Assembly (NCBI GenBank): GCA_964304625.1 | Contig: OZ199840.1 | Location: 6,637,252-6,701,251, forward strand | Direction: 5' to 3' | Source of the DNA: Kudoa neothunni | Taxonomy: Eukaryota; Animalia; Cnidaria | Length of the DNA: 64,000 bases | Shown: positions 36,692-49,228 of the stretch, piece after piece | Numbering within the stretch: the stretch's first letter is position 1 | Layout of the letters: each line of letters starts with the position of its first letter | Notes under the pieces: model-generated | What the model was told of the DNA's origin: nothing | Database searches by the model: none | The model's input: the letters and a program-made list of their open reading frames with translations, nothing else | Translations under genes and position numbers: made by a program

Positions 36692-39520
36692 CCCATTCAG
36701 GGTTTTCGTTGCGTTTTCGCAACAAAATGTATTTGATTATATAACAACATATAAAATTATTATTTTAAATGTATTCTGTTATTTTAAATACCCAAACATA
36801 TTAATTTATGGAAACAAATATTATTGGAGTTAATTCATATTTTAAGTTTGAACAAAATATGATTTTATGTGCTATTTTTGAAATTCCAACTAGACGAACA
36901 CCAACTAGAGTTTCGCCTAACAAAGATCATGAAAATCTTATTAAAAAACGCATCAACTGCCATTTGTCATTTAATATCTATATATGATAATGAATGCATC
37001 AAAGGATTAATGAATAAATATTTATTTGTAAAAAACATGTGTTGCGAAAACGGAACGAAAATCCCGAACGGGGTAATTGTGCGCGCTGCTTTAAGTATCA
37101 CTGTATAATGGATCCAAAATCGTACATGAATCTTTTTGATGCAATCAAAGAGTATGAAGATAACGAAAATCTAGAGTCGATTGATTTTGTGTTATTACCC
37201 CCTGAAAAAGTCGACGCTCTTACAGATACTGAGGATAATTTTGAATCCAATTTTAATGGCATATGTGACATCAATTTAATGTCTGAGACGTGTGGAGAAA
37301 TTGAAGTATCTTCTGAGGCTCTTGAATCCTTCGTAAATGATGATGCCTTGATATGGACTGATAAAACTAATGTCGATTCTACTCAAGAAAAATCAAAATT
37401 TTTATGTCAGAATGAGACTATATTAATCAATCGGAATATGGATAATTTTTCATCAATACTTGATGGGAACTTAAATTCTTATGGAACTTTTTTGGAGTTA
37501 TCTGATGAAAATTTATTTACACGCATCGTGAAACAATCTAATTTATATGCGAGCCAGAATAACAACCATGACTTTCATGTTACGATTAGTGAAATGAAAT
37601 CATTTATCGGTATTCTGATTTTGTCTGGTTATCATAGATTAGCACGCCAGTCTATGTATGGGGAATCTTCTCCAGACGCTGGTGTTGAACTCGTTAAAGT
37701 ACAATGACCTACAAACGCTTCAAATCTATAAAAAATTCATCCATTTTAATAATTCAAATATTGACACCACCGATAGATTTTTCAAGGTACGCCCTTTAAT
37801 TCAAGAATTTAACAAAAATTTCAAAAAATTTGGAATATTTGAAAAATATACATCTGTGGACGAGCAGATGGTACCTTATACTGGTAGGCATTCCGCTAAA
37901 ATGTTTATGAAAAATAAACCAATTAGATTCGGCTTCAAGCAATGGGTTATGTCATCATCCTCCGGTTACATGTATAGTTTTGACGTGTATAGTAGAAAGT
38001 CAGCAAATTATGATAAAAAATATGGTTTGGGTGGTAGTGTCGTAATCTCTTTTGCGGATGAAGTAAAAAATGAAAAAGATCTCAATATGTTCTTCGATAA
38101 TTTTTTTACTTCTCATAAATTATTACAAGAGCTCAAAAGAAGAAATATCAAGACTACTGGAACGTTAAGATCAAACAGAATATCAAATTGCCCTGTTACT
38201 CCCCAACAAGTAATGACAAAAAAACCAAGGGGAGAATTTGAGATGTTTTCTGATGATCAACAAGGTATTCATTGCATTCAATGGAATGATACAAAACCTG
38301 TTATCGCATTGAGTAATTGCTACACCGCTCACCCTCTCCAAAGCATCAAAAGATACTGTAGGTCGAAGAAAAAAGAAATTACTATTTGTCAGCCATTTAT
38401 GATATGTGCATATAATAAGTTTATGGGTGGAGTAGATATTGCCGATAATTTAATTTCTTGTTATAGAATTAACATAAAAGGAAAAAAATGGTATTGGCCC
38501 ATTTTTACGAATATGATATCAATGGCAGTAGTAAATTCATGGAGGATTTATAATATTGTAAATAACACACAAATTGACTTGTTGAAACATGTCAGGAATA
38601 TAGTGACTGACTTGGTAACATCCACAAAAACCAGCATTGGCCGAAAGTCTCTGTTGGGTAAATTGCAGAACGCAAATCTATGTAATAAACCAACATTGGT
38701 GTCTCATCCTCACAAAATAAGACGTAGGTGTGTGGTATGTAAAAACACTACCATCCATATTTGTAAAAGTTGTGGAAATCATATTCATATAAAGTGCTCG
38801 GGGCTGTTCCACAAGTAAATGATTAAAATTATAATTTTCTTGTAGATAACTTTTTTTTCTCATGTATTTGACAAATATTATTTATGTGCGTTGTAATCTT
38901 ATTCCCATACAAGGAAAGTTTTTCATTGCATTTTTGGAATCTAAACACTTCTCGAATATACTCTTTTATAATTTAATTTTTTTCGATTATTTTTTTAGAT
39001 GATTATTATAATCGTTATTAAGTCTAATACCAGATATGTAAAAACTACAAAATTGTAAGTTAAATGGGTTAAAGGTGTAAAATTTAATCTCACAAGGCAA
39101 AATGAGGGATTAGTTAGAGGTTTTGTTACTAGTAAGGAAATATTGTTGAAATATGAACTAAAAATAATTTTTTATCGCTAATCTGGGCTAAGAAGACCGA
39201 GTGACACTCAAACGTACTACAACCCATATCATTAAAAAATATAGAAAACAAAAAAATATAAATTTTTCGATAATATGTCACATAGGTATTACTAAATTGT
39301 TGCTTAAAATTCAATGTTTTTGTTAATTTCATTTGTCACGTGACACGCAAATTTATATACCACACAAGTTTTTCGTTGCGTTTTCGCAACATTGCAAAAA
39401 CCTACGTATCTTTGTAAGGAGATGAAATTTTAAAATAGTTTTTTTAAAATCAATAATAATATTGTTATTTTTACTTAATATTGTAATCTTACAAAAATAC
39501 AAAATTGGAACCTGAATGGG
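36692..39520 (+). mobile_element. piggyBac element E (PGBD2/3-like clade)
   Basis: Perfect TIR CCCATTCAGG with TTAA on both sides. GTTGCGTTTTCGCAAC palindromes at 36708 and 39375. Confidence 0.95.
37108..38818 (+). pseudogene. piggyBac transposase of element E, full length apart from two 1-nt deletions near 37697 and 37732
   Basis: SVDEQM, FFDNFFT, GGVDIAD triad; KKWYW; C-terminal CVVC..CKSC..HIKC. The segment VKSTMTYKRFKSIKKFIH is recoverable by adding one A to each of two A-runs. Confidence 0.88.
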
Positions 39521-40293
39521 TTAATTGTTGAAAAGACAAAAAGTTTCGTTAAATCCATTGGTATTGAAAAATTCACCGGTAGTGACGGTTGGTTCGTAGA
39601 ATTTAAAAATATATTTGGAATTAATTTAAAAAAATTAATGGTGAAACCAATAATGTGAATAATCAAACTGTGGTGGCTTTTTCGGTAAAATTCCCAAAAA
39701 TTTCACTACGATACGAAGAATGCGACGTAATAAATATGATAATTCAAATTTAATTAAGTATATCATTTTTGTTTTATTAAAATTTAGCTCAAGATTTTTC
39801 TGAAAATAAAGGCGAAATTTCGTCATACTATTTAATTGTTTATCAACTTTAATTTTTAGATAAAAATATGACGAAACCGACAATATTGAAGATGAGGGGA
39901 AAACACATGAGGAATCAATAGCTTTACCCGAAGCGTATGCAGTTGATGAATTTCAAGAAAATTTCGATCCAACTTTTGTAAATGATGAATCGTTTGTGTT
40001 AACTGCGGAACTCAAACAATCAATTAATTTAATGAGAAAACTCTACAGCATTATTTTCAAAACACACAATTATGGAGTTCATATCTGAAATAATCCGACC
40101 ATGGTTCACACGAATTGAAATTATCAGTTATTTAAAACCCAACAAATTTCTGTTTTTTGTACATAACGCGCGTTGCGCTAATACCTTGTATTGCATAATA
40201 TTTCCCCATTCCCAAAAAATTAAGAAATATCAAGGTTCGACTGCAATGCTTCAATCTATCCTATTATAGCATGCTCCACCAATTCGCTATTAG

Positions 40294-41412
40294 CCCTCTA
40301 ACGATCCCACAAACGGTATCCCTGTAACACTTTTGGGGTAAAAATTACCCCATCTTTTTATTATCGCGATGTACTTAAAAAAATAATTAATTGCGGAATA
40401 CAAAATATCGTTTAATTTAAGCGAGTAGAATAATTGGAATATTGTATTAATTACGCCAAATAATCTCAAACTAATCTCGCTTGTAACATTATCGGAATAT
40501 ATCAACATTATCCGTAAGTGTTTACAAAATAAAAAAGGGTGGAAAAAACAAAAATAAGCATAACAGTTGATTTTGGCACTTTGAAAGAATTTCAAAGTAT
40601 GAGTGGAGAAACAAAACTTGAAGCAATTATGACGCCATTTAGAGTTTCTCTTATCATTTTATCTTCCACAATAATTTCTTTTGCTAACTTTTCTGAAGGT
40701 TCTATTTACAGTGAATTGTACAATTCTTTCCGAAATCTCTTTCAGTAAGTTTCTCCATAATATTTTCTTTGAATTAATATTTTATTAAATAATGCAAATG
40801 CGTTAATCAATGAGAAGTAGATCACGTTGAAAAGACGATAACCAGCCATCTTCTTTAAAACTTCTTGGTAGGAACGGATGCCAAAATTCTATCCACATTA
40901 CCAACCCCACCCTTGGTTGCGCTATAATGCATTATCGTATAAGGTTTAAAATTTTTAGACGCAACGATGACAGTATTATCAATGGTAATTGTCTATCCTT
41001 CTGAATAGCTATTAGTATTAGAAGGTCTACATATCCTTTAAATTCAATTCCATTGGTATCATATCACTCATTATTAAAATAGTGATTTCCAAGCATATTT
41101 TTGCATACTTTATGATAATACTACCGATTTCTGGGGTAAAGAATAACAAAAAACAATAAATGAACGATTTTATTTTTGATACAACATATAAAATGGCACT
41201 AAGGATGGAATTCATTATGTTTTCAGCACAGGTTTTTTCGTAAGTGACTTTGATAAACTCCAAATAATTCCTCGTTTATATTTTAAATTATTATCATTAA
41301 TATCTATGGGATCTATTTCTATGTCCGATATTTCAATTTCATCAATAACTTGATCGTCAAATTCGCTTCCAGACGGGGTATTTTTGGTAATGAAATCACT
41401 CGCGTCATTCAT
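40294..41412 (-). mobile_element. Internally deleted piggyBac remnant H
   Basis: TTAG|CCCTCTAACG terminus and GGGGTAA-AAA-TTACCCC palindrome. Minus-strand acidic N-terminus (KRGIIWSL) joined to TKGGVGNVDRILAS near 40900. Confidence 0.75.
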
Positions 41413-41581
41413 TTAGAATTATGCACTATGTGCACATAAGCATGGGCCTAATTAGTCATTTTTCTCATTGTTTTCTTCAAATCTTCTCGGTTAATTTACC
41501 TAATAATTTATTATTTAATTATTTACAAGATACTCATTATACTAAAGTAATAAAAAAACGTTAGTAAGTTAATATTGCAAA

Positions 41582-42040
41582 CAGATTATTTGTTACATGC
41601 AAAACCAGTAATAGAGACTTTAAAATGTGTTTATCAAGTCAAATACGTTAAAACTCCACAAAAAGGAGTGTATTTGCACCAACAGCCAAATATACACACC
41701 AACCTTATACATGTAGATAGATGGCATCGCTTATATAAATTTAATAGAGCATATAAGGAGGAAAGTTAATTTCAACCGACCACTACCACCACATAAACAT
41801 GTGTTAATCCTATTGCTAAACTCGCGTAATCCGATAAACAAACTTTGAATCGAGAACATTACTATTTTCAAAACTCTTTTGGAAACATTTGGTAGTGCGA
41901 AGACGATTTAAAGATTTGTCCGAAACATTGTGATTTAAAAAAAATTCTTAAATGCCTCTCTATAAGGAAAAAAATTTAACGCTCATGCGTACTTGCTGAG
42001 GCACACGCACGGACACTTCAGCTTTTATATATAAGGAGAT
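41582..42040 (-). mobile_element. Dispersed repeat, Helitron-like (copy 2)
   Basis: Colinear with 10375-10850. Minus-strand start TCTCCTTATATATAAAAGCTGAAGTG. Confidence 0.5.
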
Positions 42041-43112
42041 AGATTTGAAGATAAAATCTGCTAAAATTTAATGTCACAACATTAAAACAGTTAAAACCAT
42101 CAAATATTATAAGGTACATCTTTATGGAAAGTTTGTGTAGGTTGGAAAAACAATGTCATATGGAGGCATTCGGGTGGGATTTGTTATTGACTAACGCACC
42201 TGCGAATATGTTTACCTTATTTGTAGGTAATATTGAATTAGAGGATTAATATAATTGGTAACCAGTGAATGTTGTAAATGATATAATATATTCTAAACTT
42301 ATTTTACTTAATATTAAAATTTTGGTAGTTATAAAAATTAGATAGGATAATCTTCTTGGCCCATTTAGAGTCCCTAATACTTAAAACTTTATATGGAAAT
42401 TAACAATTGACCACAAAGATGTCTTAAGGGGATATGAAAGATCGCCTTTAAAACCGATTTATTTCACGATGGCCCGATTCACCAAGTTTTATAATTATCT
42501 CGAAACAAATTCCACTGTATTCATTATTTTAAATTTATCGAATGATTAAAAAATTTAGCACTAGGTTTGCTCATAAACCTACATTTACTTAATCTGAATA
42601 GCTTCGTTAGATTAAACAATTAATCCACTAAGTATATTCAATATGCTTCTTTGTTGCGTGGCATTATCATGGAAAAATTACTTCGAATATTATATTAGTG
42701 TAGCTCATAAATATATTTGTGAAAGATTTATTTCTTAATTTTGTGAGCTGCGCAAACCGTAAATGAAACGCATTGGTCCATATTTCACGTGTGTAGTTGT
42801 TGAAGCATGAAGGTAAATTCAAGCTTTTCATTTTTCTGTGGTAATCAAGAATATTTTTACCGTACTTGTAGAAAAAAAAATAATACGACTAAGAATGAAA
42901 CCGATTATATCATCTTACCTTAATCATTTCTTCTGCACAAATAATGGCTATTGTGGATTGTTCGTAAAGAAAAGTCACAATGGTTTAATAAAAATGTAGC
43001 ATTGTTGTAAAAATACTAAATCAATGTAATTGAATCTATTAGTTTGATGTCACAAACGCTAATTCATAACTTTTAATCCTTAGTATTCTCACAGCCTGTT
43101 AAGCATTGATTG

Positions 43113-45588
43113 ATGGCTGATGTTATTGTGGAAGATTTGAAATATTTGGAAAATGTGGTTCAATTTTTCACAAATAATAAATACGAGGAAGCGATGCGTA
43201 TGGTTAAATCTAGGTATTATCATATTGGTATGGCTATCCCATTGATCATATGTATGTTTAGGCCCAATTCGTATATATACAGTCGTTTTTCCTATTCCTT
43301 AATTATGTTTACGAAAGCTTCCCTTACATTCTATGAGGTTAAGATGAAAAATTAATATTTTTGGTTCAATCCTGCTTAGGAGGATTTTAATATGGCAAGC
43401 TCAGTAATTAAACAAAACTTGGAGATTCTTGAGGAGTAAAACATTACGCATATATATTAATTTGTAGAATGTTTTATTTTCATCGAATAGAAATAGCTAT
43501 AAGCACCATTTTTGGGATTCTCTGTTCACAAATTGTTATTACAATAATTACACATGCGGTAAATTTGAGGGAATAATTAGGTTTGGTTTGAACATTCTTC
43601 TAGTACAAATACATTATGATGTTTTAATTCCATTGTTGGTACTGCTGAATGCACTTTTAGATTTGCTGAGGGTATTTTTATGCATAAAATTGCAAACGTT
43701 TTTTATATCTATAAAAATCCATTTGTCACTAATTCCATATCTTAGAGTGAAAGCTTTGGTTGTTTATTCAAATGTGGTTACAATATGGCAGGTGCTTATA
43801 GGAACATCAAGTAAAATAGATGTTATCGGAACAGATAAACTTATAAAATCATTGATAGAATTCTCTTGGATAGTTTTTCAAAACACAACAATTTTTTTAA
43901 AGAAACTCTCCAAGATACTTATGAATTCGTAGGAGTGCTTTTAACATGTTTGCAAGGATGTTTTCATATGGTAGTTATGGCCCTGAAATCGCTATACCAA
44001 TAACTGATATTGTCTAGTTTCTTGCTTCTGTGCCACCAAATTTGATGTCGATTATCAACTTGGTTGGGATCAAGGGAGATCTAGTAAATTCAATGATATA
44101 TCTTCAATCAATACATAAACTTTTAGAATAAAGGAAAATATTATATGATGAAGGGGATAGAATCCGATACTATTCTGTCACCAATGTGTGCAGTTTTTTT
44201 GGGTCTCTACTATGCAGTTGCAACGCCTTACAATGGTATTTTATTAAATAGTTTAGACTCGGTTCAACTAATTAAATAAAACTTTTTAATTATACATAAT
44301 TGGGTTTGTATTATGGTAAAAGTTGTTAGGTCTATTATATCAAATAAACGAGAATAAAAATTTGAATCTTATAAGAGAGTATCTTAAAACTGAATACCCA
44401 AACGTATGGTTGAGATTACGGAATATCGATTGACTCTATCTAAGTTTCTATTGGGAAAAATTATCGAAGCCAAGGTTAGTGGTATATGTGGGGATTTTGA
44501 CGATGCCACTGAAATTTGCCAAAAGGCTATAAATGTACCGAAGGATTGGCTTCATGTGTCTCATATTTTTCTAATTGAACTTATATTTTCATACTCGTAA
44601 TAACGATTTGGTTTTTATTTGTCTATATCAGTTTATAGTTCTATTGGAGAGTATGGAAAAGTAGAAAAAATTTGTCTCAGCTTGGCCAACGAAACCAACT
44701 GGACTAAAACGTTGTTTTTCTATATCCGTGGATGTTCCTTACTGATGATTGAAAAACCTACCATGTCATACTTGGAAACCCATCCAACTGGTCCGCTGGA
44801 TAGCATAACTTTCAGCCAACCTGTGATAGATTCTTTTGAGTAATTTTGTTGACTCAACTTGATATTTAATTCTTTGCCATAGTAATGCACATAAATATGC
44901 AAGAACTATAATGGGAAAACGAATTCCAGAAGAGAAATACGCTTGTATTAGAAGTGCTAGCATTTTACAAACAAAAGCTACCTTGTTTCCTTTATATGTG
45001 AGTCTTAGCCTACCATCATTGTTGTTGATTGTGTGTTTAAAGGAGGCCTTGTACATATTTGGTTATATGCAGAAAATTGCAAAGAATAAATCATGTTCCG
45101 ATAGAATTATTTCTGAGATTCAAATCACACTCGATGAACTGCCAAATCGACATGAATTTAATAGAGACATACTTTTTTGTGATCTTATGATGGCTACTCT
45201 AATGCTTGAGTCTGTTCCTTCCCCAACTGAACAAGTCGAATTGGACGCTATCAACAAATTAGAGAATGTCATAAAGAAGTAACAGAAAAAATAAAAAAAT
45301 TAATTCATTTACCATAATTTAGTGAGAAATACCTCAAAAATGAATTATTTATCGTTGCTAGTGCCTCCTGCGAAATAGCACGACATTATATCAGGATGAA
45401 ACATTTTGACAGCGCCGCTAAATACATAAAAATTGCAAAGTATTTTCAAATCCGATGATGATTGTAGTTGATTTGTTTCCAGACTAAATAATTCAAAATT
45501 CACACTTGACAATAAAATTTATTTGAGAATTCAAGCTTTCCAGAATATCATACTGAATTTTAATAATCAAACTGAAGCTCCGATTTAA
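43113..45588 (+). CDS. TTC39: Tetratricopeptide repeat protein 39 (IML2/DUF3808 family), about 16 exons
   Basis: FFTNNKYEEA, KASLTFYE, VPP..SIINLVGIKGD, NETNWTKTLFFY, GKRIPEEKYA, FTLDNKIYLRIQA follow the family order. Fifteen GT-AG introns keep one open frame to TAA at 45586-45588. Confidence 0.88.
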
Positions 45589-46205
45589 AGAGCATAGGTT
45601 TTTCTCCTTTCTAGAATTGGCTGGCATCTTCAAGGGTCAAAATATTTGTATTTTTCTGTTTATTACTTTTTTCTGAATTGTTTATATTTATCGTATCCTA
45701 TTGTTTTATTTAAACTTTTCTTTTATTCTTCTTATGGTTATATATCCATAATTATTATATTAATATTTGTTATTGATAAGCTTTAGATTGTTCTAATTTT
45801 ATAGAAAAAGTGTCAGGCTTTCACGTTATTTACCCATCCAATAAGGATTAGTCTAACAATTTTTGGTTATTCTTTACAAAATGGGACGCTAGCCTAGCCG
45901 GAAACTTTCGGCCAACATCGCTAAAAAAGCAAAATAAATTATATTAAACTAGCGCAAAAGCCCAGTTTTGCCTGGTACAATGTGATGGAAAATTTTAACT
46001 TTAATTTTATTGTTGAGTGAAGAAATTTTACAGAAGAGTTAATCTAATTAGCACTTTAAACCCTGCAAATTTTATTTATCTATTTTAATTTATGCATTTT
46101 AAAGATTGTCATTATTTTTGCAGTGTGATGATTTAGATAAATGAAATTATGCGCACACTTTTCATTCAAATATAAATAGAGATATGAGATATGGAGGGAA
46201 ATTAA

Positions 46206-48652
46206 CCCTCCGAAGACGTTGGAGTCAATTTGATCCCAAAGTAAAATTAAAATCAATATTACTCTTTGTGCACCTTTTAAAATTTCTCGATTTCTTATCT
46301 ATTTTCCTAAATTTGTGTACAGTATACAATGATAAAATTAGGGGAAAAAATAATCACAATAATAATATGTAAAAAATTTTTACCTTCAGAGGACTTTTGG
46401 GGTCAAATTGACCCCAAGTTTTTATTATACGATATTATTATAACAAAAATTTTAAAAACGGAAACGTGTTTATTTTGAATTCTATCGACTCATTTTTTGG
46501 TAAAATAATGATTAATATCACATTTAATCCGTGTTAATACCTTACTAATAGTCTTGGATCCACTTCGCAAATTATCGTACAAACAATAACACTTCGCGTA
46601 TAATATTTCAGTTGATAGATTGAAGATTAAACATTCCTCACGCAAAAAAACAACTATATAAATTTGTAAAATTTTATTCGGAGTATCTAACTAATTTAAC
46701 AATTCTTACATTTCTTTGATGAATGAATTGAGCAATAGTATTTATTTCAACAGGAGCATTTGGTTTGAGTTTTTTTATCGGTTCCTCGAACACAATATTC
46801 ACATCGACGTCTTTTTTCGGCAATTTGGAAAGTGTTAGTTGGGGTCCCTAAATGGGGTGATTTTGCTTTGACAATTTTCCCATTCTGTAAATTACGATCT
46901 ATGAGAGGTTGATAGAGAGCTTGTGCGATTTCTTTTAAAATATACGACGTCTTCTAAATTTGCAATTGAAAATTATTTTATGTAATGAGAACGCATTTAT
47001 AAGTGACAAATCTATCATATTGAAAAATACGATCATTGGCCACCTACGAGTGAATCGACGTGTCGAAACCGACGCCAACATACGATCGACAGTGTAGACC
47101 CCTCCTTTGGTTTTATTGTAATATGTGATAATTTCAGGTTTTTTTAGTAGAATCATTCATAATTTTTACATTATTAGTTCCCTTAGACAAAATTATAATA
47201 CTCTTATTCTTTTTATTCACATAAGAGGTGAGCATGTTCTTTTGGAAAAATACAAATGTGGTGCTGAAAAGACTTCTATTTTTAGACAGAAGAACACATG
47301 GAGGGAGCTCCCTCTTATTGTGCCTTACAGTCCCAAGATATGTTAATTGTTTTTCCAGCAGTTTAGACGCAAGAAAACCGAGGAAAAAAAGTTGTCAGCA
47401 ACGATATTCCTCCCAGAGTTGAACAAAGGTTCCGACAGTGACAACACAATATTATCCCCAACTTTTGTATTGCGTTGATTTGATGCCATATTTTGCCGGT
47501 TTGAGGGGCATACATTGTTTGAAGGGACACCTCCCTGTAAACGCAATTAACTGTTCATCGATTGTCACATCCTCATTCGGCGAAAAATACTTCGGGAGTT
47601 CCCTTGACCAAATTTCCCATAATTTTCTTATAGGACAAAACTTATCCATTTGTTTCCTTTCCGCCCTTGTAGAATAATTGTCAAAATAGAGACATCTTGT
47701 GATTTGCTTAAAGCGCGTCTTCGAAAAAATATTTCTGTATATCTCCATACCTTCTGATAGACTGAATAATTCAGATAATGGCTCTTCACGGTCCTTGTGT
47801 AGAGCTAATAGAATGGGGATCCCCAAATAACCGTTCAATTCGATAGAATCCATATCTATCCAGTCATCTTTCAAATAATGTTTCCCAAACAGATTTGTGC
47901 AATCGAGTATTTTTTACAGATAGTTTCTGAAAAAAATATGGAAAAACTGTCCAAAATATTATGAATCTGTTGGTAACAATATGCGGTAGGACCAGGAGGG
48001 GGATTCAAAATGTTTTCCGCCGAAGTGCGTTTTGTTTGGGGTATATTGGGGTCCCATGCAATTCCTGATTTACTAAGATTTGAGCTTGTGAATACTGTTG
48101 TCTCCATTGAATCGGATGAATCTACTGATGAATCCAAAAAGCAGTCGTCAGGTTCGCTTCCTGATGATTCAAATTCATTATTGAATTCGCTGTAATCACC
48201 CATCGACATTTGTTTAGTTAGAGTTTAACACGACGTGAAAATTAAAATTTGGGATAAAAAACCAACTTAAAAAGTATTACAGCCTAAGTGAAAATAAATA
48301 AGAATTGTTATTTTCGGGTATGTATTAAGTTATTGTTTACCTAAACTTAAAATAAAAATATTTTCCCCAGAAATTGACCCCAAATTATTATTTTAAACAA
48401 TAAATTAGCTATTAAACAGTGGCTTACATTGTACGATCATTTACTAACAGCTTACGGATAACTACGTAAAAGATTTAACAAGATTAATTTTTATGTTTCA
48501 CATTTTTTTACTGAAAAACTAGTCGATAGAAATCGAAAATATCCGAAAATTGAATTGGTAACAATTTTTGTAATTAGTTTAGCAAATAATAATTTGGGGT
48601 CAAATTGATCCCAAAAGACCTCCGAAGATGTTTTTTTAGCGACTTTAGAAGG
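46206..48652 (-). mobile_element. piggyBac element G (decayed transposase)
   Basis: TTAA|CCCTCCGAAG and CTTTAGAAGG|TTAA. GGGGTCAAATTGACCCC-type palindromes at 46221, 46399, 48596. TIDEQLIAFTGRCPF, VADNFF, YNKTKGGV. Confidence 0.92.
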
Positions 48653-49228
48653 TTAATAAAGAATTAGTGATAAATTTTATATAATATAATGTTAAACCAA
48701 CCGGTAAAATAGTAAAACGCCTTAGACATAAAAACATCTTTATTTATAAATTCTCCTCAAAAATTAAGTACGTTATAGCATCTAAGGCCTAAGATGTAAT
48801 CGTTAATTTTATAAATATGAAAAAAGAGTGAACGTCAAATTAGAAGAACATATACACTTAAAAATGAAGTGCAGAGTGTAATATATATTTAATATTACAT
48901 TATTAAATTCCTATATATGTTACTTCTTTTATTTTGTATAATTAACTTTCGTTAAGAGTGTTTCTCTAAAAATTTAATGATAAATGCTTATAATTTTTTT
49001 ATAATTCAAATAAATTAACCAACAAATATATAAACTACAAAAAGTGATAATTTGTTGTAACTTTTTTTTTGAAAGGTTCATAATCGGTATACCAAAAATG
49101 ATAGAGAAGATAATTTATAATAAGATGCGTAAGGTTTAATTAAACGTCTGAGTCGTATAATTTTGGAACGACCCATTCCAGAAAATGTTATTAAGGTGTA
49201 TAATAAATGTAGAAGTTAATGTGTGCAC

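Larger units (their letters stand above)
33195..40243 (+). mobile_element. pogo/Tigger element (decayed) hosting piggyBac D and E
   Basis: Termini GAGTCGAACCTGGA / TCAAGGTTCGACTG. CENP-B-type HTH coding runs across both TTAA sites: MVSNQRTAAEKIEII...HSTI|NRI...L|IVEKTKSFVKSIGIEKFTGSDGWFVEFK. Confidence 0.8.

Noticed and set aside
37658-37740. Intron explaining the break in transposase E
   Set aside because: The segment aligns residue for residue with F (VKKCMSYKRFTQIKKYIH), so two 1-nt deletions explain it without splicing.
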